Source of the DNA: an uncultured Clostridia bacterium
GTDB taxonomy: Bacteria > Bacillota > Clostridia > Christensenellales > UBA1242
DNA: 64,000 bases
NCBI GenBank assembly: GCA_944372365.1
Contig: CALVYP010000001.1
Span: 85,279-149,278, forward strand
Reading direction: 5' to 3'
Shown: positions 1 to 7,225 of the stretch, one piece after another
Numbering within the stretch: position 1 is the first letter of the stretch
Layout: each line of letters begins with the position of its first letter
Position numbers and translations under genes: made by a program
The notes under the pieces: generated by a model
The model's database searches: none
Seen by the model: the letters and a program-made list of their open reading frames with translations, nothing else
Told to the model about the DNA's origin: nothing

Positions 1-158
1 AATGATATTATAAATTTTAACATTTTAATTGTCAACAAAAACAATGTTTAAACAAACTTTTATATGTCAAAGAAAAATATAAATTTTTAAAATAGCCTGA
101 AAATATTTTTATTTAAAATTTTTTTATGCTATACTTAACTTATTAAAGTGAGGTGGGT

Positions 159-1268
159 ATGAAACTTGCAAAATCTAAAGTTTTTGTGTTTATATCTTTA
201 ATGCTTTTGTCGGCGCTTATTGTGCTTACAACAATTTTGGCTTTGCCAAGCACAAATTTAAACGCTGAGGTATATCTCGCAAACACTTTTTCAGATAAAA
301 TATCGGTGAAAGCATTTAATGATGAAGGCAGCGAGCAAACAACATCTCCTGCTTCAATCACTCTTGTTTCACCTGATGGAACAAGCACTCCAAACTACAC
401 AAGCTATTCATATAACTGGTCAAATATAGAGTATTTTGAAATCACGCTTGACACTTCGTCGTTGCCTGATGCAAAAGAGTATAATTATAACTTCACCGTA
501 ACATGGATTCCATCCTACATCACAAATTCAACCGCAAACTTGCAAGTGAATCACATTGACCAAAAAGTTATATTTTCAGAAAAGGTTTCAAGTAAAGACG
601 ACATCACAACAAGCTTCAAGTTTTATGTAGGAAACCAAGAAGATCAAGCATTGCCAAGCGGAAGCTATGCTGGCTCTGAAAAATTGGGCGCAGACTTCAC
701 CGAATATGGCGGATGGGGGCTTTATGTTTTCAGCTTCACCTATCAAGACACCATTCAATCTGCACTTTTTGAACTTAAACCAGACGATGTTTTATCACCA
801 TCTCTCAGCCGTGATCCAGTGCTCAGCTATCAAATTCAGCCAAGCTCAACCGGCCTTAGAAGCGCCTACCTTTTCTCTGTTGACGAAGGCTTTAAATATG
901 TAAACGGCTATCAAATTGTTTGGTCGGGTACAGGCACAGCAGCCGATGGCAGAAGTTTTGTTTTTTTTGAAGAAGATAAAACAAGCCCAACACAAAACGT
1001 ACTCTATCCAACAACATCCGAATCTTTAAGATACGGCCACACCTTCTTGTTCGATCCACCTTGGGAAGGATCTTGGACGATCACTTGTGAAATCTATGAC
1101 AAAGACTTGCAAAAAACTGGCTACAAAGCAGTAAGCGAGCAGCTTTCAACCGTTGAAGGCTTTGACAATATGTTGATTGTTTGGATTGTTGTTGCAGCGG
1201 CAGTTGTGATTGCAATAATTGTTGGCGTTGTGATTTACATCTCAATCAAAAAAGAAAAAGTTTATTAA
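159..1268 (+). CDS. hypothetical surface protein with an N-terminal signal/anchor and a C-terminal TM tail anchor
   Basis: ORF 153..1268. The ATG at 159 is preceded by GAGGTGG. The N-terminal hydrophobic segment is FVFISLMLLSALIVLTTILALP. The C-terminus MLIVWIVVAAAVVIAIIVGVVIYISIKKEK is a TM helix plus a basic tail. No family recognised. Confidence 0.6.
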   Translation: MKLAKSKVFVFISLMLLSALIVLTTILALPSTNLNAEVYLANTFSDKISVKAFNDEGSEQTTSPASITLVSPDGTSTPNYTSYSYNWSNIEYFEITLDTSSLPDAKEYNYNFTVTWIPSYITNSTANLQVNHIDQKVIFSEKVSSKDDITTSFKFYVGNQEDQALPSGSYAGSEKLGADFTEYGGWGLYVFSFTYQDTIQSALFELKPDDVLSPSLSRDPVLSYQIQPSSTGLRSAYLFSVDEGFKYVNGYQIVWSGTGTAADGRSFVFFEEDKTSPTQNVLYPTTSESLRYGHTFLFDPPWEGSWTITCEIYDKDLQKTGYKAVSEQLSTVEGFDNMLIVWIVVAAAVVIAIIVGVVIYISIKKEKVY

Positions 1269-1270
1269 AA

Positions 1271-1294
1271 ATCAGCCAAACGGCTGATTTTTTT
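1271..1294. terminator. bidirectional rho-independent terminator
   Basis: ATCAGCC-aaac-GGCTGAT stem-loop flanked by an A-run and a T-run, between convergent genes. Confidence 0.7.
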
Positions 1295-1688
1295 ATAGCA
1301 CATTATGCAAATTTGCGCCCATAAAATGCAGATAGCTTTGGCTGTAATATTTCACTGCGTCCAGACACGCCCTAAATTCTTTTAAATCATTTTGTTTTTG
1401 ATAAACTTTCAACTTGCTTATTTCAAGACCAATTTCTTGAATGTTTTTGTGATTGACTAAAAAGCACATGTTGCTTTCGTTGTTCTTCCAGTGATATTCA
1501 AGGTCGTCCACTGCCAATGCAATGGCCTGCGTTCGCACATCTTCTCTGTTTTCGGTTATCTCTTCCAAATAAAGACAGTCTGTCATCGCCTGCTTTAATC
1601 CGCCGCTGACAACCACTTCTTCGATGATTGAAATTGCAATCAAGAAAGCAAAAATCAGCGCAAGCATAATTTTTGAAAAAATCTTCAT
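1293..1688 (-). CDS. DUF4363-like small membrane-anchored protein
   Basis: 131 aa with an N-terminal TM segment, sitting immediately downstream of a DUF421/YetF-type gene, which is the usual pairing in Clostridia. The family assignment is from memory of that gene pair and sequence style. Confidence 0.55.
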   Translation of the reverse strand: MKIFSKIMLALIFAFLIAISIIEEVVVSGGLKQAMTDCLYLEEITENREDVRTQAIALAVDDLEYHWKNNESNMCFLVNHKNIQEIGLEISKLKVYQKQNDLKEFRACLDAVKYYSQSYLHFMGANLHNVL

Positions 1689-2395
1689 GCCACCCTCACA
1701 TTTTCAAAAATCTGCTTTTGCCCCTGTTTGAGCTGCAAATACACAATACCGTTATCATCGATTGTCATAACCAAAACATCTTTAATTTTGGCTTTGTTTA
1801 AATTGTTGTTTAAAAACTCCTGCAAAAAGTTTTCGTCTAAGTTTGCAAGCGCAAGATTTTCTTTCAGCACCTTGCCTTCGCTTATGATATTTATAGGGAT
1901 GGCCGCTTTTTCAACTTTTGCACCCACGCTTTGATTGGTTGCCGGCGCGAGTTCGGCTTTTGGCAGAACACTGATTTTGCCGTTGGTTTCCATAATGGCG
2001 TATTCCACCTGCTCCAACGAAAAATATCCCAGCCCGCGCATAGCCTCAAAAATGTCGTCGATGGTTATGCTCAATTTTTTCATAGCTTTGTAATCTATGC
2101 CGTTTGGATTTATCACAATAACTGGCTTGCCGCTTACAACAGAAGAAAATGTGCTGCTCAATCTTGTAAGCAGCGTAAGCATAAAATGCAAAATCACAAG
2201 TGTGAAAAGCGGAACAATCCCATGCAGCACTGGCACAGAAATCTCCGCCATAGGAATTGTGGCAAGGTCGGCGATTATAAGCGTTAGCACAAGTTCAAAG
2301 GGCTGCATCTGACCAAGCTGACGCTTGCCCATAATCCTGAACACAAAAAGCACAATAAGATAAATTATTATCGATCTTAAAATTATTGTCAGCAT
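1685..2395 (-). CDS. DUF421 (YetF/YrbG-like) membrane protein
   Basis: The N-terminus MLTIILRSIIIYLIVLFVFRIMGKRQLGQMQPFELVLTLIIADLA is typical of DUF421. The ATG at 2395 was chosen; the ORF track extends to a TTG at 2431. Neither start has a clear SD. Confidence 0.7.
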   Translation of the reverse strand: MLTIILRSIIIYLIVLFVFRIMGKRQLGQMQPFELVLTLIIADLATIPMAEISVPVLHGIVPLFTLVILHFMLTLLTRLSSTFSSVVSGKPVIVINPNGIDYKAMKKLSITIDDIFEAMRGLGYFSLEQVEYAIMETNGKISVLPKAELAPATNQSVGAKVEKAAIPINIISEGKVLKENLALANLDENFLQEFLNNNLNKAKIKDVLVMTIDDNGIVYLQLKQGQKQIFENVRVA

Positions 2396-2434
2396 GCGCT
2401 TAGTATAAGCAAACACGCAGTTTTTACACAAAAA

Positions 2435-3967
2435 TTAACTTTTTTTAACCTTTTTTATGCTTTTTATTTTAAATTTTGATGAAACTTGAACAAAATAACC
2501 TTTCACATCCACCACATTAAACACCATGCACAGCAGCATATAAAACACAGCGCCAACGCCGCAAGAGATGATTATTGAAAAAACCAAAGGCATAACAAAG
2601 CAGCAGAGTTTTGCAATAAACGCAACCAGCGCCGCGCAAGCGATAGATATGAAAATTAAACTGACAAGCGGCTTTAAAACTTTAAGTTTAACACCTGTTT
2701 TGCGTTTTAGCATAAACAAATTTAGCACTGCCGTAACACTCATGCAAAGTCCCATCCCCCAAAACAGCGCATTAACTCCACAAACAAGTGGCAAAACCCA
2801 AATTGCAACAAACATGAAAATTGCGCCTATAAAATAATTCAAGCACGATCGCACTTCGTAGCCCAGCGAATTTAAAAGTGACGATGTGATGTTGTTAAGC
2901 CCCATTGGAATCATAATCCATGCCGCTGATGCAAGCATGCTGCCGCTGAGCGAATTGCCATATAAAAACTGCCCAATCAAATCACCCGCACCCATAAAAA
3001 GTGGAACAACCATTGCCGACACAAACAGCGCAAAAATCACCGCCGAGCGAATGCGCGACTCTATGTGCATCTTGTCATCTTTGACAACCGCCATGGATAT
3101 ATCTGGCACAAGCGCGGTGGCAAGCGACCCTATTAGCGTTGTTGGAATAAACAGCAGCGGCAAACTCATGCCTACGGCCACGCCGAACAGGCTCATCGCT
3201 TGCGAAGAAGAATAGCCAATCGCCATCAATCGTGCAGGAACAATCAGCGCAATCAACGGCTGAGCCAAACTGCCCGCCACCCTGACACCCGTGATCGGCG
3301 TCGAACGGCGCAAAAGTTGTTTGAACTCTCCTTTAGGCTTAGAGACCCTGCCGCCGTGGATGAAGTAAAGCAAAATCACAAACACCATTGACATAGCGCA
3401 GGCGATGGTGAGCGACCAACCCACATTGACGGCATTTGAAATTGCACTGGCAGTTGGCGCAAGCATAAGCACGCACAAAAAAATTCTTGCAATCTGCTCA
3501 AAAAACTCACTGGCACACAGCGCAAAATAGTTGTCCTGCCCCCACAGCGCGCCCCTGAAAACGCTGTAAACTGCCGAAAACACAAGCGCCGGCAAAAGCG
3601 CAATCAAAATCATGATGCATGCGCCGTCTGTAAACATGCTTGAAAAAACATTTTTTAAAAGCAAAACAGCTGCGCAAAGCATCAAACTCGCAATCAAACC
3701 GATGATAAGCGCTGTTGATACCACCGCTCCTTGCCGTTTTTTGTTGCCGTCAACCCTGCAATTTGCTGTTAGGCGCGAAACCACAAACGGAAGTCCGCTT
3801 GAAACCACCGTCAACAGCACCATAAACACCGAAAACGCAACTTGATAAAGCCCCAAAGCCTCAGCGCCAACCGTGCGCGAAAGATAAATTCTAAACAAAA
3901 AGCCAACAATGCGGGTGGCGATTGAAAACCCAGTGATAAGCACAACGGTTTTGACAAGAGATTTCAT
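2435..3967 (-). CDS. MOP-superfamily flippase (SpoVB/MurJ/polysaccharide-biosynthesis type)
   Basis: 510 aa, polytopic. The N-terminus KTVVLITGFSIATRIVGFLFRIYLSRTVGAEALGLYQVAF is characteristic of SpoVB/Wzx-like proteins. Confidence 0.75.
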   Translation of the reverse strand: MKSLVKTVVLITGFSIATRIVGFLFRIYLSRTVGAEALGLYQVAFSVFMVLLTVVSSGLPFVVSRLTANCRVDGNKKRQGAVVSTALIIGLIASLMLCAAVLLLKNVFSSMFTDGACIMILIALLPALVFSAVYSVFRGALWGQDNYFALCASEFFEQIARIFLCVLMLAPTASAISNAVNVGWSLTIACAMSMVFVILLYFIHGGRVSKPKGEFKQLLRRSTPITGVRVAGSLAQPLIALIVPARLMAIGYSSSQAMSLFGVAVGMSLPLLFIPTTLIGSLATALVPDISMAVVKDDKMHIESRIRSAVIFALFVSAMVVPLFMGAGDLIGQFLYGNSLSGSMLASAAWIMIPMGLNNITSSLLNSLGYEVRSCLNYFIGAIFMFVAIWVLPLVCGVNALFWGMGLCMSVTAVLNLFMLKRKTGVKLKVLKPLVSLIFISIACAALVAFIAKLCCFVMPLVFSIIISCGVGAVFYMLLCMVFNVVDVKGYFVQVSSKFKIKSIKKVKKS

Positions 3968-4034
3968 TTTTCCTCCAAAATTATTGTATTGAGAAACTTG
4001 TCCGTTTAATACAATAAGATAAAGCGAGGTTTAA

Positions 4035-4196
4035 ATGAAAAAAGTTTTTGCACCATACTATATTGTAAAAAAAGGCGACACGCTTGCATCAATTGCCGCC
4101 AAGTTTGAAGTTAGCCCCACGCAGATTTTGGTGGAAAATTATTTGACGCCAAGCTCAATAAAAGAAGGCACAATTTTATCAATAACCAAAAAATAG
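4035..4196 (+). CDS. small LysM-domain protein (53 aa)
   Basis: Not in the ORF track because it is under 60 aa. AGCGAGG SD, then the ATG at 4035. YIVKKGDTLASIAAKFEVSPTQILVENYL matches the LysM core pattern. TAG at 4194..4196. Confidence 0.6.
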   Translation: MKKVFAPYYIVKKGDTLASIAAKFEVSPTQILVENYLTPSSIKEGTILSITKK

Positions 4197-4287
4197 GGGC
4201 TTTGCGCAAGCCTTGCGGCTTGCCCTTTCGCTCGGCAGAGCGAAAAAAAACAGCGAACGCAACCCGTCCGCTGTTTTGCAAAGCCCC
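4196..4287. repeat. GC-rich nested-hairpin intergenic element (copy A)
   Basis: Closing stem GGGGCTTTGC/GCAAAGCCCC encloses GCAAGCC-ttgc-GGCTTGC, TCGCTC-ggca-GAGCGA and CAGCG..CGCTG hairpins. It is much more GC-rich than its flanks. Confidence 0.6.
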
Positions 4288-4357
4288 GCTATATTCTCTC
4301 GGTGTCGTCTTGCAATCATCTTTATTTCAAAGCCCCGCTACATAATCTAACAACCCG

Positions 4358-5758
4358 CTACATAACCTTACTGTAGCCCAGCTCAATCAGTTTGTCTTCC
4401 ACGCTCTGCACAGTGGCAAAGTCGCCAACTGCCATAAATTCACGAATGGTTGGATGCTTGTCTGGAAAGACAAGCCACTGGTTGTTGCTGAAACCAGAGT
4501 AATATTGCTTTCTCGCCACATCAAACACACCAGCCATACTGGCAGTGTCATAAAAAGTGGCTGTCTCTGTGCATTGAATGTTGAAATAACTGTTTGTCCC
4601 TGAAACTGTATAACCATCCGCACCAAACGTAGCCCAGTCATATGCCGCTTTTTTAATCCCCACGCCTTCTAGTAAAATCCAGTTGCCAATCACCATGGTT
4701 TCGCTGTAAGAAAGCCCCGTTCTCTCTCCTGCCATTCCAACAAGCCCGCCTATAAAATTCACTGACCCGCTCAGTTCAGCACTGCCAAATTCGACATAAA
4801 TTTGATTTAAACTGCATGAAGCTAGTGTGTTGCTTCCTTCTATCGACACGCTGCCAATTACGCCGCCTACAACAATTTGAATAGATCCAGCAGAAGCTTG
4901 ATATGGTGCAGTAGTTAAAGTGCCAATACGAACCATGCAGCGAGATGTGTCAACTTGTAGCAGCGTTACATCGTCTCTGCCCTGCATCATGCCCCCTAAG
5001 ATTCCACCGAAAATCATATGTGTTTGAAGGTTGTGTATCGTAACGTCGCAATTTGTTATTGTTAATTTTGCAACGCCACCTTCCGTCTGGAACATACCCA
5101 CAATCCCGCCACCACACATATAACTTTGATTCTCCACCTTAATGCTGTTATATTCAACGCTGCAGTTGGCTATTATAGTCTCCATAAAAACAATGCCAAC
5201 AAGGCCGCCAAAATACTGCGACTGAGTAAGTGAAATTTCTCTATCTTCAACAATTTTTAAATTTATAATCGTGCATAAAGCTGTAAGCGGAAACAAAGCA
5301 TGAACTGACTCTTCTATCCCATACGAAGTAATGTTTAAATGGCTTATTGTATGCCCCTTGCCATCAAAAAAGCCGAAGAAGGGCGAGCCTATTGAAATAT
5401 TTTCATAATCAATCATATCTAAATCATTTTCAAGATAAAACTTCCAACTTGGGTCAAACTGTTCTCTAGCGGCTGTATAGTCACTTAAAACTTCCAAACC
5501 GCGCGGAGTGAAAATGTGATAACCTTCACTATCGAGTGTTATATCATTGCCGCCTTGAGTGGTTACAAATTCTTCAAGCGTAAGTGCGTTTCCGTCTTCC
5601 CCTGTCGGCCATGTGGCGGCAATGACTAGTGGCGAAGCAGAATCTTTTTTTTCAAAAGGGTTATATGTAAAAACAAGCAATAAACCAAGCAAAGCAAGCA
5701 AAATTATAATAATAAAATTTTGCATGAATGTGGATAACTTGCTTTTAACTTTTTTCAT
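4358..5758 (-). CDS. membrane-anchored surface protein with GLUG-type repeats
   Basis: N-terminal TM IIIILLALLGLLLVF. Repeated FGGLVG / GGGIVG / FGGILGG / VGGVIGS / IGGLVGMAG motifs, each followed by ..I.NC.., as in the GLUG motif. SD AGGGGTG. Confidence 0.7.
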   Translation of the reverse strand: MKKVKSKLSTFMQNFIIIILLALLGLLLVFTYNPFEKKDSASPLVIAATWPTGEDGNALTLEEFVTTQGGNDITLDSEGYHIFTPRGLEVLSDYTAAREQFDPSWKFYLENDLDMIDYENISIGSPFFGFFDGKGHTISHLNITSYGIEESVHALFPLTALCTIINLKIVEDREISLTQSQYFGGLVGIVFMETIIANCSVEYNSIKVENQSYMCGGGIVGMFQTEGGVAKLTITNCDVTIHNLQTHMIFGGILGGMMQGRDDVTLLQVDTSRCMVRIGTLTTAPYQASAGSIQIVVGGVIGSVSIEGSNTLASCSLNQIYVEFGSAELSGSVNFIGGLVGMAGERTGLSYSETMVIGNWILLEGVGIKKAAYDWATFGADGYTVSGTNSYFNIQCTETATFYDTASMAGVFDVARKQYYSGFSNNQWLVFPDKHPTIREFMAVGDFATVQSVEDKLIELGYSKVM

Positions 5759-5807
5759 ATTTTCACCCCTATTGTGGATAAAAATTTAGCGATTTTTCAC
5801 TAAAAGT

Positions 5808-5841
5808 AGTATATCTCGCTCGCTCGCTCGCTCTTAGTCAA
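5808..5841 (-). promoter_or_regulatory. predicted sigma-A promoter of the GLUG gene with a repeat-built spacer
   Basis: On the minus strand: TTGACT (5836..5841), a 22-nt spacer AAGAGCGAGCGAGCGAGCGAGA, then TATACT (5808..5813). Confidence 0.5.
5815..5833. repeat. tetranucleotide microsatellite (CTCG) x4.75
   Basis: ctcgctcgctcgctcgctc, read directly from the sequence. Confidence 0.95.
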
Positions 5842-5977
5842 GCAATTTTGACACGTTTTGACACTTTTCTAAAATTTATTTTTTGATAAATTGTGGATAA
5901 GTTAAATTGGATTTAAGTTGGCGGTTTAGTTTTTTTATGTTCCGTTGTGGATAAATTATGCGTTGGATTAAGGGCAA

Positions 5978-6071
5978 GGCGGCATTTGCGCGCGCGGCAG
6001 CGCGCATTTTGTGCCTCGTGCGGGGCGCAAAAAAAGCCTGCGCCTGTTGGCGCAGACTTGCAAATGCCGCC
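5978..6071. repeat. GC-rich nested-hairpin intergenic element (copy B)
   Basis: 12-bp closing stem GGCGGCATTTGC/GCAAATGCCGCC encloses TGCGCGC..GCGCGCA and CTGCGCC-tgtt-GGCGCAG hairpins. Confidence 0.6.
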
Positions 6072-6100
6072 GTCATTGGCAAAATTTTAGTGCTTTTGCT

Positions 6101-6128
6101 TTGACGAGAAACAAAAATAAAATATAAT
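6101..6128 (+). promoter_or_regulatory. promoter of comFC; the spacing suggests a leaderless mRNA
   Basis: TTGACG (6101..6106), a 16-nt spacer, TATAAT (6123..6128), then only 6 nt before the ATG at 6135. No SD. Confidence 0.5.
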
Positions 6129-6134
6129 ATACAT

Positions 6135-6884
6135 ATGAAATTTCAATCTTTGAAGGATAAACTCCACAAATTTTTTAGCGGCGTTTTAGAAGTGCTTTTT
6201 CCATCCAAGATAAAGTGCATGTTTTGTGGCAGAGAAATTTTTGACTATGAAAAGCAGCCTTATTGCGACAGCTGCGCCAAAAGCGCACCTTTCAATAACG
6301 CAAAGCGTTGCAAAATTTGCGATTGCGAGATGTATGACGACGGCGAAATTTGCGACGGCTGCAAAGATTATGCAAAACATTTTGACAGAGCCGTTGCGCC
6401 TATGAAATATGAAGGCGTGGCAAAAACGCTTGTGCTTAAACTTAAAAATGACAACGCTTTGTATCTTGCCGATGACATGGCAAGGCTGATGAGCGAGCGG
6501 CTTAACCAAGAAAGTTTTAATTTTGATGTGATTGTTCCTGTTCCGCTTTCGCCAAAATCACTTAAAGCACGAAAATACAATCAAGCCAAGCTGCTTGCCG
6601 ACGCACTCGGCAAAATTTTTGATAAGACTGTTGATGATTCGGTGCTGATTAAAATTAAAGAAACAAAACACCAAAAGAATTTAAACATCTCCCAACGAAA
6701 AACCAATTTGCACGGCGCATTTAAAATCCAAAACAAGCGTGCTGTTTTTGGCAAGAATGTTTTGCTTGTTGATGATGTTGTAACAACTGGTGCAACCGCA
6801 AACGAATGCAGCAGTGTGCTTAAAAAGTATGCAAAGCGCGTTTGGGTTGTTTGTTTTGCGCGCAATCCATTAAAAAATAAATAA
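6135..6884 (+). CDS. comFC: ComF-family protein (ComFC-type phosphoribosyltransferase domain with an N-terminal Cys-rich zinc finger)
   Basis: N-terminal CMFCG..CDSC..CKICDC..CDGC cysteines. C-terminal PRTase motif VLLVDDVVTTGATANEC. Confidence 0.85.
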   Translation: MKFQSLKDKLHKFFSGVLEVLFPSKIKCMFCGREIFDYEKQPYCDSCAKSAPFNNAKRCKICDCEMYDDGEICDGCKDYAKHFDRAVAPMKYEGVAKTLVLKLKNDNALYLADDMARLMSERLNQESFNFDVIVPVPLSPKSLKARKYNQAKLLADALGKIFDKTVDDSVLIKIKETKHQKNLNISQRKTNLHGAFKIQNKRAVFGKNVLLVDDVVTTGATANECSSVLKKYAKRVWVVCFARNPLKNK

Positions 6885-6947
6885 ATTCGCAAAAATGCTT
6901 GACTTTATAACAAATTTCACATATAATCAAAATCGTCGCTAAATTGT

Positions 6948-7022
6948 GGCCTCATGGTCAATCGGTTAAGACGCCGCCCTTTCACGGCGGAATGAGGGGT
7001 TCGACTCCCCTTGAGGCTACCA
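6948..7022 (+). tRNA. tRNA-Glu (anticodon TTC)
   Basis: Cloverleaf: acceptor GGCCTCA/TGAGGCT (G1:U72), anticodon arm CCGCC-CTTTCAC-GGCGG, T-arm AGGGG-TTCGACT-CCCCT, encoded CCA. Close to Bacillus-type tRNA-Glu. Confidence 0.9.
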
Positions 7023-7028
7023 AAAAAA

Positions 7029-7049
7029 ACTCGCGCAGCGAGTTTTTTT
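7029..7049 (+). terminator. rho-independent terminator after tRNA-Glu
   Basis: ACTCGC-gca-GCGAGT followed by T7. Confidence 0.7.
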
Positions 7050-7125
7050 AATACAATCAAATGGGGAGTCGAACCCTTGGGTTCGTCGGGTCCCCGAAAA
7101 ATGATTTATCATTTTTTGGGTATGG

Positions 7126-7143
7126 CTCCCCTTGAGGCTACCA
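7126..7143 (+). repeat. exact 18-nt duplicate of the tRNA-Glu 3' end (CTCCCCTTGAGGCTACCA)
   Basis: Identical to 7005..7022. Like the tRNA, it is followed by a hairpin terminator (AGGAATTGT..ACAATTCCT + T-run) and by a second AAATGGRGAGKCGAACCCT motif (7059..7077 and 7190..7208). Confidence 0.85.
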
Positions 7144-7225
7144 TGAGAGAAGGAATTGTTAAAATACAATTCCTTTTTTTGTTGCAACTAAATGGAGAGG
7201 CGAACCCTATTTAAAAAAACCAAGG

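Larger units (their letters stand above)
5773..5954 (-). promoter_or_regulatory. cluster of three perfect DnaA boxes (TTATCCACA on the minus strand)
   Basis: TGTGGATAA at 5773..5781, 5892..5900 and 5946..5954. All three have the same orientation, and each reads TTATCCACAA on the minus strand. Confidence 0.6.

Noticed and set aside
2435-3967. Treating the two MOP flippases (2435..3967 and 61314..62852) as a notable duplication.
   Set aside because: Clostridia-type genomes commonly carry several SpoVB/MurJ/Wzx paralogues. The sequence shows nothing unusual.
5773-5954. Calling this region the chromosomal origin (oriC).
   Set aside because: No dnaA, dnaN, rpmH, gidA or parAB context is present. 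I could not identify an AT-rich 13-mer-type unwinding element with confidence, and skew cannot be computed reliably by eye. It is kept as a DnaA-box cluster finding only.
5876-6082. A 68-aa Arg/Ala-rich ORF. Similar ORFs occur at 36101..36357, 26924..27295 and 3200..3603.
   Set aside because: They lie in GC-rich hairpin elements, or antisense to a membrane-protein gene. They have biased basic composition and no SD. They are best explained as noncoding structure or as shadow ORFs.
7011-7214. A 67-aa ORF downstream of tRNA-Glu, and a possible second tRNA on the minus strand around 7060..7145.
   Set aside because: The ORF runs through tRNA-derived repeats and two terminators. The minus-strand sequence has a T-arm-like segment but no pairing acceptor stem or anticodon arm.
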